From assembly GCA_036397065.1 (NCBI GenBank), contig DASWJP010000109.1, positions 32,538-96,537 of the forward strand: DNA of 64,000 nucleotides. The letters are read 5' to 3'. A program made the position numbers and the translations under genes. Of the stretch, positions 37,051-46,807 are shown piece after piece. The notes under the pieces were generated by a model. That model worked only from the letters and a program-made list of their open reading frames with translations, was not told the origin of the DNA and made no database searches. Every line of letters begins with the position of its first letter. Within the stretch, counting starts at the first letter, position 1. This stretch comes from Kiloniellales bacterium. Lineage in GTDB: Bacteria; Pseudomonadota; Alphaproteobacteria; Kiloniellales; J153.

Positions 37051-37914
37051 ATGCTCTATATCGAACTGGTCGTACAGGGGATCGTTCAGGGCAGCATCTA
37101 CGCGTTGATCGCGCTGGGTCTGGCGCTGGTCTACGGGCTGTTGCGCATACTGCACGTGGCGCACGCGGCGCTCTTCACGCTGGGTGGTTACATCGGTGTC
37201 TTGGTGACCAACGCCACCGGCAGCTTCGCCCTGGCGCTGGTGATTGCCATGATCGCGGTCGGCTGCATCGGCATGGCCGTGTACAAGATGGCCTACGAGC
37301 CGCTGTTATCCCACCCGCCTTACATTGCATTGATCGCCTCGATCGCCCTGTTCATCGCCGCCGAGGAGATTTATCGGATCGTTTTCGGACCTTACGGCCT
37401 CTCCTATGACAAACCGCCGCTGCAGGGACAGATCGAGCTGTTCGCCGGTTTTTTCCTGAAATACGGCGAGGCCCTCGTCATCGTTCTGTCGGTCACCATG
37501 CTTTCGGCGCTCGCCTGGCTTTCCTTAAACACGCGCGTCGGCGTGTCGTGGCGGGCAACGGTGACCGATCCGCAGATGGCCCGCGCCTTTGGGGTCAGCA
37601 CCCAGAACGTGCGCTATCTAAATTTTTTCGTCGGATCGGCCCTGGCTGCGGCCGCCGGCGTTTTGGTGGCACTCCTCAACAATCTGGTCGAACCGACCAT
37701 GGGCAGCGTCCCATCGTACAAGGCGCTGGCCATCATCGTGCTCGGCGGGTTGGGCAGCATTCGCGGAACCCTGCTGGCCTCGATGCTTCTGGGAATCATC
37801 GAAACCTTCGGCACGATCTATATAGGCCATCTGCTCGACCGGGATGCCTTGGCGTTTGCCTTCCTGATCCTGGTGCTCATGGTCCGCCCCCGCGGATTGT
37901 TGGGAAGCCGCTAG
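37051..37914 (+). CDS. HAAT-family ABC permease, LivH-like (set 1).
   Basis: Typical LivH N-terminus LVQGIVQGSIYALIALGLALVYG. Confidence 0.9.
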   Translation: MLYIELVVQGIVQGSIYALIALGLALVYGLLRILHVAHAALFTLGGYIGVLVTNATGSFALALVIAMIAVGCIGMAVYKMAYEPLLSHPPYIALIASIALFIAAEEIYRIVFGPYGLSYDKPPLQGQIELFAGFFLKYGEALVIVLSVTMLSALAWLSLNTRVGVSWRATVTDPQMARAFGVSTQNVRYLNFFVGSALAAAAGVLVALLNNLVEPTMGSVPSYKALAIIVLGGLGSIRGTLLASMLLGIIETFGTIYIGHLLDRDALAFAFLILVLMVRPRGLLGSR

Positions 37915-37917
37915 GCG

Positions 37918-38769
37918 ATGGCGTATGAGATCACCCTGCTCACCACCATGGCGATCAGCGTTCTTTTTGCGCTCAGCCTGAATTTCATCTCCGGATTCTG
38001 CGGCCAGATCAGCCTGGGGCACGCCGCATTCATCGGCGCCGGTGCTTATGCATCCGCCCTATTGGCGAAGTCATCGGTGCCCTTTCTTCTGACCTTGCCG
38101 GCCGCAGCCCTGACGGCCGGTGTCATTGGGCTGGTGATCGGCCTGACCAGCCTTCGCGTGCGCCATGACTTTCTGGCGATCACCACCATGGGCGTCGGAT
38201 TTCTCTTTGTCGGCATCGTCCGGCAACAGGATTTCCTCGGCGGCGAGATCGGCATCTCGGGCATTCCATCGTCGGGCCTGAGCCGGGTCGGTTTCATGGC
38301 CTTCTGCATCGGCCTGGCGTTGGCCTTTGCCGCGTTCTCCCTGTTCATCCGCCGGTCGTGGATGGGGTTCGTCTTCGATTCGATCGCCGATAATGAGGAC
38401 GTCACGCGCATCCTTGGCATCGATGCTTCCCGGTATAAATTGATTGCCTTCGTCATAGGCACCGCCGTCGCCGGGATCGCTGGCGCATTGTATGCCCATC
38501 ACTTCCGCTTCGTCGGCCCGGACAGTTTCGGCTTCGTGGAATCCGTGAGCATCCTGGCCATGGTGATTGTCGGCGGCATCGGATCGGTCTGGGGTGTTGC
38601 GTTTTCGGCCGCCGTATTGAGCGTCCTGCCGCTGCTTGTGCAATTCGTCGACGACTACAAGCTGCTCGTCTACAGCGGCCTGTTGTTCGCCGTCATGCGG
38701 TTTGCCCCCGATGGGCTGGCCGGCATGATCCGGCGGCTGCGCAATCGCGTTCGCAAGGCGCCGCCATGA
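37918..38769 (+). CDS. HAAT-family ABC permease, LivM-like (set 1).
   Basis: GQISLGHAAFIGAGAY motif. Hydrophobic profile. Confidence 0.9.
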   Translation: MAYEITLLTTMAISVLFALSLNFISGFCGQISLGHAAFIGAGAYASALLAKSSVPFLLTLPAAALTAGVIGLVIGLTSLRVRHDFLAITTMGVGFLFVGIVRQQDFLGGEIGISGIPSSGLSRVGFMAFCIGLALAFAAFSLFIRRSWMGFVFDSIADNEDVTRILGIDASRYKLIAFVIGTAVAGIAGALYAHHFRFVGPDSFGFVESVSILAMVIVGGIGSVWGVAFSAAVLSVLPLLVQFVDDYKLLVYSGLLFAVMRFAPDGLAGMIRRLRNRVRKAPP

Positions 38770-39515
38770 CCGAGGTTCTGAACGTTCAAGACGTGACCGT
38801 CCGCTTCGGCGGCGTGGTTGCGGTCGCCGATGTGTCCCTGATCATACGCGACGGGGAGATGGTCGGCTTTATCGGCCCAAATGGCGCCGGCAAGACCACG
38901 TTGATGCGGGTCATCACCGGAATCGTCCAGCCGCAGGAAGGCCGCGTCCTTCTGAACGGCCGGGATCTGGCGGGCCTGACGGTCAACGCCCGGGTCCGCG
39001 CCGGCCTGGCCCTGGCGCAGCAGATCGTTCAGCCCCTGCGGGCTTTGTCCTTGCTCGATAATGTGGCGTTGGCATGCGGGCGCGTTAAAACGAACCATGT
39101 CCTCGCCGCAATGGTCCGCACCGATCGGTCACGGGAGCGGCGCAGGGCCATGGACCTGCTGGGTCTGGTCGGCCTGGCCGATGCCGCCCACGAGCTGCCC
39201 GCAACGCTGCCACTGGGCTTTCTGAAACGGATGGAGGTGGCCCGGGCCATGGCGCTTGAGCCCGAGCTGCTGCTGCTCGACGAGCCCCTGGCCGGCCTCA
39301 ACCATGCGGAAGCGGCCGCTCTGGCCAACCTGATCGCCGATCTCAACCGGCAGGGTCAGACGATCCTCTTGATCGAGCACAACATTCGTGAGGTCACGCG
39401 GATCTGCAAGACGCTCTACGTTCAGGACAACGGGCGCCCCCTCGCCTACGGAGACACGGCCTCTGTGATGGCCAATCCAGAGGTGCGGCGGGCCTATCTT
39501 GGAGCCAACGCCTGA
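38766..39515 (+). CDS. HAAT-family ABC ATPase, LivG-like (set 1).
   Basis: Walker A GPNGAGKTT. Overlapping stop/start with neighbours. Confidence 0.9.
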   Translation: MTEVLNVQDVTVRFGGVVAVADVSLIIRDGEMVGFIGPNGAGKTTLMRVITGIVQPQEGRVLLNGRDLAGLTVNARVRAGLALAQQIVQPLRALSLLDNVALACGRVKTNHVLAAMVRTDRSRERRRAMDLLGLVGLADAAHELPATLPLGFLKRMEVARAMALEPELLLLDEPLAGLNHAEAAALANLIADLNRQGQTILLIEHNIREVTRICKTLYVQDNGRPLAYGDTASVMANPEVRRAYLGANA

Positions 39516-40219
39516 TGCTCGATGTCTCCGGCTTGACGTGCGGCTATGGCGATATCGTCGCTGTCCGGGATGTGTCGATGAGCGTGCAGGCTGGCTCGAT
39601 CCTGGCCCTGCTCGGCGCCAATGGCGCCGGCAAGACCTCGACCCTGATGACCCTGGTCGGCCTGTGCGAGTTGAAGGCGGGCACCATCCGCCTGCACGGC
39701 GAAGATATCTCTGCCTTGCCCGCGGAACGGCGTATCCGCAAGGGCCTGTCGATCGTCCCGGAAGGTCGCCGTATCTTTCCCGATTTGTCGGTCGAGGAGA
39801 ATCTGATGATCGGCGGCCACGTGATGCCAACGGCGGCGATGCGGCGGAACATCGACGCCGCTCTGACCCACTTCCCGCGCCTCAAGGACCGCAGGCGCCA
39901 GACTGCCGGGTCGCTCTCCGGTGGCGAGCAACAGATGCTGGCCATGGGCCGGGCGCTTATTTCCGAACCGCGCTTGCTGCTTGTCGACGAGCTGTCGTTG
40001 GGCTTGATGCCCGCGGTGGTCGACGAATGTTACCGTGTCCTGCGCGCGTTGCGGGACGATGGCCTGGCGATCGTCCTGGTCGACCAGAACACCGAGAAGG
40101 CCCTCGATGCCGCCGACACCGTTTGTATTCTCGAGGCGGGAAACCTGACTTGGACCGGAACGTCGGCGGAGGCCCGCCGCGACGATGCCCTGGCGGAGGC
40201 CTTTCTCGGGCAAAGCTAG
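39515..40219 (+). CDS. HAAT-family ABC ATPase, LivF-like (set 1).
   Basis: Walker A GANGAGKTS and signature LSGGEQQMLA. Confidence 0.9.
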   Translation: MLDVSGLTCGYGDIVAVRDVSMSVQAGSILALLGANGAGKTSTLMTLVGLCELKAGTIRLHGEDISALPAERRIRKGLSIVPEGRRIFPDLSVEENLMIGGHVMPTAAMRRNIDAALTHFPRLKDRRRQTAGSLSGGEQQMLAMGRALISEPRLLLVDELSLGLMPAVVDECYRVLRALRDDGLAIVLVDQNTEKALDAADTVCILEAGNLTWTGTSAEARRDDALAEAFLGQS

Positions 40220-40231
40220 CCTACGCGCCGG

Positions 40232-42679
40232 TTAAGACCGCACCCGCGTCTTGTCCGGATCGTAGAAGGGGAAACGGACCACCGTGGCCGGGATGCGTTT
40301 CTGATGGCCGTCCAGCTTGCCCACCTGCACCTCCGTGCCGAGGGCACCATGCTCGACGGCAACCCGGGCGAGCGCGATGTTCTTGCGCAACACCGGCGAC
40401 CGGCAGCCGCTGGTGACGACGCCGACCGTCTGGCGGCCGATGTGAATGCAGTCGCCGTGGGCGCCCGGCTCCTCCCCCGCCAGATCCAGGCCGACCAGCA
40501 TTCGTTGCGGATGCGCCTTGCGCCGGATGAGGGCCTCCTTGCCGACGAAGTCGTCCTCCTTGCTCTGCAACGGCACGGTGAAACCGATGCCGGCTTCGAA
40601 CGGATCGGTTTGATCGTCGAACTCGGTGCCGGCAAAGATCAGGCCGGCTTCGATGCGCAAAATATCCAGGCCCTTGAGCCCCAGGGGCATCAGGCCGTGC
40701 GGTTCCCCGGCCTGCCAGATCGCATCCCAAACGGTGACGGCGTCCTTCGGGTGGCACCACACCTCGTAACCCAATTCGCCGGTGTAGCCGGTGCGCGAAA
40801 CGATCACCGCGGTGCCGTCGGCATGGCCGATGCGGCCGATGGCGAACCGGAACCATCCCAACTCGGCGAGTGCCGGTTGCGCCGGCGGCGTCCAGATGAT
40901 TTCGCTCAGGATCTCGCGGCTGCGCGGTCCCTGGACCGCCAGGTTGTGCAACTGGTCGCTGGAGCTCTTGACCCAGGCATTCAGGCCCAGCGTCTTGGCC
41001 TGCTCGCGCAGCCAGATGCCGCCGTAGTCGTCGCCCCCGATCCAGCGGAAATTCTGGCCGCCCAGCCGGAACAAGGTGCCGTCGTCGATCATCCCGCCGG
41101 TGTCGTAGCACATGGCCGAATAGACGACCTGGCCGACCGCCAACCGGCGCACGTTCCGGGTCAGGGTTTGCTGCAACAGCACTTCGGCATCCGGCCCAAC
41201 AACCTCGACCTTGCGCAAGGGCGACAGGTCCATGACCGTCGCCTTCTCCCGGCACGCCCAATACTCGGCCAGCTCGCCATGATTGGTAAAGCTGTCGGGC
41301 AGCCAATAGCCGCGATATTCGGAAAAGTTGCGCGTCAAGGCCGAGGTGCGCGGGTGGAAGCCGGTTTCCTTGGTCATCTGCGCCTCCGACTCCGTGGTCT
41401 TTCTGTAACCGATCGATTTTGCGAATGCCTTTTCCGGGCCATAGACGCGCAGATGAATCTCCGTCGGGTTCCACGCGTTGGCGGCGTCGATATCGTCTGG
41501 GCACGCCGACGACACGCACACCAGATCGGTCAGGGCCCGCAGCAGCACATGGTCCCCCGGCCGCGACCAAGGATCATCCGTAAGCAGCTGGTTGTGCGCG
41601 TCGATGCTGGAGTTGAAGAAAAAATTCATCGCCATCCAGCCGCGGCGCGGCGCGATGCCGTACGGCGCCAGGGCCTGGTTGAAATTTTCCGAGCAATTGA
41701 CGTGACCCGGGTACCCTTGGTCCTCGTAGTACTTGGCGGTGCAGGCCAAGCCGAACGCATCGTGACGTCCGCACGTGTCCTGCACCACCTCGACGAGGGC
41801 CAGCATGTCCTGGTCGAAATATTTCGACAACAGGCCGGGGCCGGGATAGGCGGCGCCGACCAACGAGCGCGTGGTGGTCACATCGAGACAGCGTTCGATG
41901 CCCCGATCCAGGGACGCCTGCCGAAACGACTGAAAGTCGGAACACTGCCGCCCCTCGACGTCGATCACTTGAATATATTCGCCGGCGCGGACCAGATACG
42001 ATTCCGCCGTCGCCCGGTTGATCCGGAAATCCAGCCGCGGCGTGGCCAGCGGCGCGGGCAAACGCGCAACGGCCTCGGCCGGCGGATTGGCCCGCTCGAC
42101 AAACACCTCGATTTCGGTGGGCGCATCCTGGGCATCGACCCGCATCGGCGCCCCCGGCGCCGCCACGATCACGATGCAGTCCTGTTGCGCCTGCAAGCTT
42201 TCTTGCTGACCGGCCGCCGCCTCCGGCCCGAACAGATCGACCGAACGGGCATTATCCAACGCGATGCCGTGCCGGGCCAAAGCCGCCTGCAACGTGCCGT
42301 CGCCGGTGGAAACGAGATCCTTCACGCCGGCACCCGATCCGTTGACCCGGCCTCCCAAGGAGTCCGATACATTCCGCCCGCCGTTGGCGAAGGCCAATAC
42401 CTCGCACGGTTGGCGCCCTTCGCGGTCGATCAGTATGAGCCGGTCGCCGCTGCCGGCGGCCAGGAACAGGGTGCCGCGTCCGGCCACGACATAGCGCTCG
42501 GTCCGCGGCGGTAGCGCGCGAAGTCCCGGCGTCAGCACGCGCGGCCTTTGCCCCATGAGCGGGGGCTCGTGACCGGCCACAGGCTGTGGTTTGACCAATT
42601 CGCTCACCCGTCCGAGTAGCCATTGCGGAATGCCCTTATTCATACCATTCAATGGACTAACCGCATAGTCGAGAATCAT
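40232..42679 (-). CDS. tdm: Trimethylamine N-oxide demethylase-type protein: N-terminal DUF1989 domain fused to a C-terminal GcvT-like tetrahydrofolate-binding aminomethyltransferase domain.
   Basis: About 815 aa. The DUF1989-like Cys-rich half has TCGRHDAFGLACTAKYYEDQGYPGHVNCSENF. The GcvT half has VSRTGYTGELGYEVW and LRIEAGL. tmm lies 6 kb away. The start is uncertain (ATG at 42679 or 42643). The first 90 aa of the track ORF overlap the divergent gene and are rejected. Confidence 0.8.
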   Translation of the reverse strand: MILDYAVSPLNGMNKGIPQWLLGRVSELVKPQPVAGHEPPLMGQRPRVLTPGLRALPPRTERYVVAGRGTLFLAAGSGDRLILIDREGRQPCEVLAFANGGRNVSDSLGGRVNGSGAGVKDLVSTGDGTLQAALARHGIALDNARSVDLFGPEAAAGQQESLQAQQDCIVIVAAPGAPMRVDAQDAPTEIEVFVERANPPAEAVARLPAPLATPRLDFRINRATAESYLVRAGEYIQVIDVEGRQCSDFQSFRQASLDRGIERCLDVTTTRSLVGAAYPGPGLLSKYFDQDMLALVEVVQDTCGRHDAFGLACTAKYYEDQGYPGHVNCSENFNQALAPYGIAPRRGWMAMNFFFNSSIDAHNQLLTDDPWSRPGDHVLLRALTDLVCVSSACPDDIDAANAWNPTEIHLRVYGPEKAFAKSIGYRKTTESEAQMTKETGFHPRTSALTRNFSEYRGYWLPDSFTNHGELAEYWACREKATVMDLSPLRKVEVVGPDAEVLLQQTLTRNVRRLAVGQVVYSAMCYDTGGMIDDGTLFRLGGQNFRWIGGDDYGGIWLREQAKTLGLNAWVKSSSDQLHNLAVQGPRSREILSEIIWTPPAQPALAELGWFRFAIGRIGHADGTAVIVSRTGYTGELGYEVWCHPKDAVTVWDAIWQAGEPHGLMPLGLKGLDILRIEAGLIFAGTEFDDQTDPFEAGIGFTVPLQSKEDDFVGKEALIRRKAHPQRMLVGLDLAGEEPGAHGDCIHIGRQTVGVVTSGCRSPVLRKNIALARVAVEHGALGTEVQVGKLDGHQKRIPATVVRFPFYDPDKTRVRS

Positions 42680-42757
42680 TCGAGGCGTGACAACAGCCCG
42701 TAATCGGCTAGGATATTCGCGCCTGTGAATCCCTGATCCACGACCCGGAGACCCAAT

Positions 42758-43540
42758 ATGTCCGTGCCTGAAAAGCCTATCCTGGAGGTGCGCAATCTGG
42801 TGCGGCGCTTCGGCGGCCTGACGGCCATCGGCGGCTTGAGCTTCGAGGTTTATCCAGCCACCATCCACGGCTTGATCGGCCCGAACGGTGCCGGCAAGAC
42901 GACCACGTTCAATGTCATCTCCGGATACTATCCGCCAACCAGCGGCCAAGTGGTGTATCAGGGTCAGGACGTCTCCGGACGGCGGACCAGCGCTCTGGCC
43001 GAAATCGGTTTGATCCGGACGTTTCAGGGCACGACCCTATTCCATGAAATGTCCGTCCGCGACAATGTCCGCATCGGTTGCCACTGGCACGCGCGGTCGG
43101 GTTTTCTCAGCCGTCTGACCGGCGCCGATTGGAAAAGCGAGGCAGCGGCGGATCGCCAGGCCGACGAAATCCTCGAATTCTTCAACTTGCAGGGGCACGC
43201 AGGGGAGCTGGCGGGCAACCTACCGCATGGCTTTCAGCGGGCACTGGGCATGGCGGTGGCGCTGGCCGCCAAGCCCAAGGTCATGCTCCTGGATGAACCG
43301 TTCACCGGCATGAACGCGGAAGAGACGCGGCAGATGATGGAGCATGTCCGGCAGCTGCGCGCCGTGCACGAGATGACCATCATGTTGGTGGAACATGACA
43401 TGCAAGCGGTGATGGGCCTGTGCGACACCATCACCGTGATGAATTTCGGCAGCCTGCTGGCCGAGGGAACGCCGGACGTGATTCGCGCCAACCCCGCCGT
43501 GGTCGAGGCCTATCTGGGGAGCGCCGACTATGCTGCTTGA
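42758..43540 (+). CDS. HAAT-family ABC ATPase, LivG-like (set 2).
   Basis: Walker A GPNGAGKTT and Walker B MLLDEPFTGMN. Confidence 0.9.
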   Translation: MSVPEKPILEVRNLVRRFGGLTAIGGLSFEVYPATIHGLIGPNGAGKTTTFNVISGYYPPTSGQVVYQGQDVSGRRTSALAEIGLIRTFQGTTLFHEMSVRDNVRIGCHWHARSGFLSRLTGADWKSEAAADRQADEILEFFNLQGHAGELAGNLPHGFQRALGMAVALAAKPKVMLLDEPFTGMNAEETRQMMEHVRQLRAVHEMTIMLVEHDMQAVMGLCDTITVMNFGSLLAEGTPDVIRANPAVVEAYLGSADYAA

Positions 43541-44237
43541 GGTGCGCAACATCCGCGTCCACTACAAGAAAGTCGAAGCCCTCAAGGGTGTGAGCATCGA
43601 CGTGCCCGAGGGCAGCATCGTCACCATCATCGGCGCCAACGGGGCCGGCAAGACCACCACCCTGCGCACCATTTCAGGCCTCGAGCGGGTGACCGAAGGC
43701 GAGATTTGGTTTGCCGGCGAGCGTATCGACCACCTCTTGCCCGAGGAGATCGTCGCCCGCGGCATCGCCCATGTGCCGGAAGGCCGACGGGTCTTTCCCG
43801 ATTTGACCGTCGAGGAGAATCTGCGCACCGGCGCCTTTCTGCGCCGGAACAAGGCCGATGTTGAGAGCGATCTGGAGGACATCTTCAGGCATTTTCCCCG
43901 GCTCAAGGAGCGGCGCCGGCAATGGGCAAAGACCCTGTCCGGTGGCGAGCAGCAGATGCTGGCCATCGGCCGCGCCCTGATGTCGAAACCGAAGCTTCTG
44001 CTGCTCGACGAGCCGTCCGTCGGCTTGTCGCCGGTGATGGTTCAGGAAATCGCCGGCATCATCGTCACCATCGCGGCGCAAGGGGTACCGGTCGTGCTGG
44101 TCGAACAGAACGCGGCGCTGGCCTTGCGCCTGGCCCAGTTCGCCTATGTGCTGGAGACCGGGTCCCTCGCCCTGCAAGGGCCGGCCGGCGAGCTGCGCAC
44201 CAACGATCACGTCCGCCAGGCCTATCTCGGTGGCTGA
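43530..44237 (+). CDS. HAAT-family ABC ATPase, LivF-like (set 2).
   Basis: Walker A GANGAGKTT and signature LSGGEQQMLA. Confidence 0.9.
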   Translation: MLLEVRNIRVHYKKVEALKGVSIDVPEGSIVTIIGANGAGKTTTLRTISGLERVTEGEIWFAGERIDHLLPEEIVARGIAHVPEGRRVFPDLTVEENLRTGAFLRRNKADVESDLEDIFRHFPRLKERRRQWAKTLSGGEQQMLAIGRALMSKPKLLLLDEPSVGLSPVMVQEIAGIIVTIAAQGVPVVLVEQNAALALRLAQFAYVLETGSLALQGPAGELRTNDHVRQAYLGG

Positions 44238-44838
44238 GACGGCGTGGACCGTCGCCGAGCTGCTGCAGGCCGGCTGGTCCGAAACCGATCTGGAGTGGGA
44301 ACGGCTGGCGGTGACGACGCTGCAAGCGTTGGTCCATGGCGAGTCCGCAGCGGTGCAGCGCCATGCCGGCGCGGCCGTTAGCCTGGCGCGGGAGCACTTT
44401 GCCGCCGACGACCCGCGCCTGGCCGCCTCTCTGGCCAACTTCGCCATCGCTCTCGGACCCGGCGGCACGCACGGGGCCGATCTGCTGGCGGAGGCCGGAC
44501 GGATCTGGGCTTCCTGCACCCCTTGGCTCGAGGCCATGACCGCCCCGCGCAGCGCCAGGTCGTCGCTGTTTCACCTGCGCATGGAAGCGCGCCACCGCGA
44601 TACCTATCGGGAACGTTGGGTGGTCAAGTGGCGCGAGCTGGCCGATGAGGGCCGCCGCAGCGTGGACCGCCTGGTCAACGGGAACCAAGCACCCGGCGGT
44701 CAGCCCGCGGCCTCCGAAGAACGGTTGCAACGGTGGCGGCGCGAGTGCCCGGCCATGCTCAATGATACCCGCAAACTTCTAGCGGCGGTGATCCTGACCG
44801 CCGCACCGGGGGATTCAACCGGTCACTTGGCCGACTGA
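44230..44838 (+). CDS. Hypothetical cytoplasmic protein (about 202 aa), translationally coupled to the LivF-like gene.
   Basis: GTG at 44230 overlaps the upstream stop by 8 nt. High third-position GC along the whole frame. No TM segment or signal peptide. No family recognised. Confidence 0.5.
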   Translation: MAETAWTVAELLQAGWSETDLEWERLAVTTLQALVHGESAAVQRHAGAAVSLAREHFAADDPRLAASLANFAIALGPGGTHGADLLAEAGRIWASCTPWLEAMTAPRSARSSLFHLRMEARHRDTYRERWVVKWRELADEGRRSVDRLVNGNQAPGGQPAASEERLQRWRRECPAMLNDTRKLLAAVILTAAPGDSTGHLAD

Positions 44839-45842
44839 TCGACCGCTCCCGGGGCTTCGCCACGGCGGCGGCGAAACCATTCGAGGCCCTTCGTGATCAG
44901 ACTTTCCAGGCCATTGGGCAGGAACAGGATGGAGGCGATCAGGATCGCCCCGTAGAACATCGGGCGCATCTCATCGACGCCAAGCTCGCGCAACAAAACC
45001 TCGTTGATGATGGTCAGCACGGTAACCCCCAGGATCGGGCCATAGAATGTCGCCGTGCCGCCGACGATGGCCCAGATCAGCACGTAAACCATCTCCGCCA
45101 CATCGAAGCGGGTCGGGTTGACCGAACCGACATAGTGCGCATACAGCGCCCCCGCGAGGCCGGCAAAGAACGAGGCGATCACGAAGGCCATCGTGCGGTA
45201 CCGGGTGGTATTGATCGCCACGGATTCCGCCAGCTTGTCCTGCCAGTGAATGGCATGAAAGGTCAGGCCCAACCGCGACCGCTCGATCCGGTAGAGAATG
45301 AAGAGCGATGCCGCGACGACGAGGCCGGCGAGATAGTAGTAGTGGACCGGCTCATAGAAATCCCAGTGCAGCCCGCCAAGTTCGAAACTGGGAAACTCAG
45401 GAATCAGTTTCAGGCCCTTGGGCCCGCCAAACGGATCCGTGAACCGCTTCCAGATCAGGCGGATGATCTCCCCGGCGGCAAATGAGCCGATGAGAAAGTA
45501 GAACCCCTTCATGCGCAGGAGCGGGAAGCTGAGCCCATAGGCGACGGCCGCGGCGGTGACAGCACCCAGCAGCATGGAGATGGGAACCGGAATGCCAAGT
45601 CCCTTGGCGAACAGGGCGCTGGCATAGCCGCCCACACCCATGATGACCACGTGGCCGAGGGACCATTCGCCGGTCAGGGTCTGCATCCGGTAGCTGACCA
45701 CCAGCAGAACATTGATGACCAGCAGGACCAGGATCTCTTGCTGGGAGTAACTCAGCACGTGGGGCAGCGCGATGAACATCGCCAGTCCGGCCACGACGGC
45801 AATCGCCCACCTCATCTGCACGGCACCGGCACGCTCAGGCAC
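44823..45842 (-). CDS. HAAT-family ABC permease, LivM-like (set 2).
   Basis: Hydrophobic LivM-like profile. GTG at 45842 overlaps the upstream stop; an alternative ATG lies at 45815. Confidence 0.85.
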   Translation of the reverse strand: MPERAGAVQMRWAIAVVAGLAMFIALPHVLSYSQQEILVLLVINVLLVVSYRMQTLTGEWSLGHVVIMGVGGYASALFAKGLGIPVPISMLLGAVTAAAVAYGLSFPLLRMKGFYFLIGSFAAGEIIRLIWKRFTDPFGGPKGLKLIPEFPSFELGGLHWDFYEPVHYYYLAGLVVAASLFILYRIERSRLGLTFHAIHWQDKLAESVAINTTRYRTMAFVIASFFAGLAGALYAHYVGSVNPTRFDVAEMVYVLIWAIVGGTATFYGPILGVTVLTIINEVLLRELGVDEMRPMFYGAILIASILFLPNGLESLITKGLEWFRRRRGEAPGAVDQSAK

Positions 45843-46704
45843 GTTCCTTGGCCCCGAACAACCCGGTCGGCTTGACCACCAGAACGGTGAGCATCAGGGC
45901 CAGACCGACGATATTGGCGATCACCCCATCGAAGAGCGTGGTGACGAAGGTATGGACGAAGGCATAGAGGATCGCGGCGACCACCGCCCCTTCCAGATGC
46001 CCGATGCCGCCGACGATGATGATGATAAAGGCCGTGACAATCACCGAATGCCCCATGAGCGGCGTCGGGCTGACCAGGGGCGCCGTCAGCGCCCCGGCCA
46101 CACCGGCCAGGGCGGCGCCGATGAACATGGCCAACTGCGCCGTGCGGTTCAGGGATATGCCCTGGAGCCGGGCCGCCTCCGGATCCTGGGCGCAGGCCCG
46201 CAAGGCCCAGCCGAAGCGCGACTTGCGCAGGAATACCCATAGCCCGCTCAGCAGGATAATGGCGGCGACGATGACATAGAGGCGCTGATAGGTCAGCACG
46301 ATCGCGTCGCCGAGAATGAGCTTCTCCTGGGTGGACGGCGGAATGTGTTCCATGCGCACGCCGAAGCCGAGCACCGCGAGGGTCTGCAGGATCAGCAGGA
46401 AGCCGATGGAGGCGATCAATCCGCCCAGCGGATTGCTGCGCAGGGGCCGGAACAGGCCCCGCTCCATCACCAATCCCAGCAGGCCGACAAAGACCAGCCC
46501 GACGGCCACCGCCACGAAAAACGGAAAATCCTGTTTGGCGTACAGAAAGACGACCGTATAGGCCCCGGCCATGTAGAGCTCGCCATGGGCGAAATTGATC
46601 ACCCCCATGACGCCGAAAATCATCACCAGGCCGACCGCGATCAAGGCCATGTAGCTGGCCGCGTAGGTGGCATTGACCAAGGTCTGCAACAGCAAGTCGG
46701 CCAC
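45835..46704 (-). CDS. HAAT-family ABC permease, LivH-like (set 2).
   Basis: N-terminus LLQTLVNATYAASYMALIAVGLVMIFG. Confidence 0.9.
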   Translation of the reverse strand: MADLLLQTLVNATYAASYMALIAVGLVMIFGVMGVINFAHGELYMAGAYTVVFLYAKQDFPFFVAVAVGLVFVGLLGLVMERGLFRPLRSNPLGGLIASIGFLLILQTLAVLGFGVRMEHIPPSTQEKLILGDAIVLTYQRLYVIVAAIILLSGLWVFLRKSRFGWALRACAQDPEAARLQGISLNRTAQLAMFIGAALAGVAGALTAPLVSPTPLMGHSVIVTAFIIIIVGGIGHLEGAVVAAILYAFVHTFVTTLFDGVIANIVGLALMLTVLVVKPTGLFGAKERA

Positions 46705-46720
46705 GGCCAGGCGCCCCCAT

Positions 46721-46754
46721 CAAAACCGGGACCGGAAGTACGCTCCGGTCCCGG
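46721..46754 (-). terminator. 11-bp stem-loop (CCGGGACCGGA / TCCGGTCCCGG) followed by TTTT on the minus strand, between the binding-protein and permease genes. Probable partial terminator or attenuator.
   Basis: Read from sequence. Confidence 0.5.
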
Positions 46755-46807
46755 ATCCTAGCATGACTCAGATGCGCCGGGCGGTCGGCCCGGCACCCGC
46801 GGTCAGT

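Noticed and set aside
42680-42757. Shared CCTGTGA heptamer/octamer between the tdm/livG and binding-protein/tmm intergenic regions, as a common operator.
   Set aside because: A single short match between two regions of this size is expected by chance, and there is no dyad or repeat structure around it.
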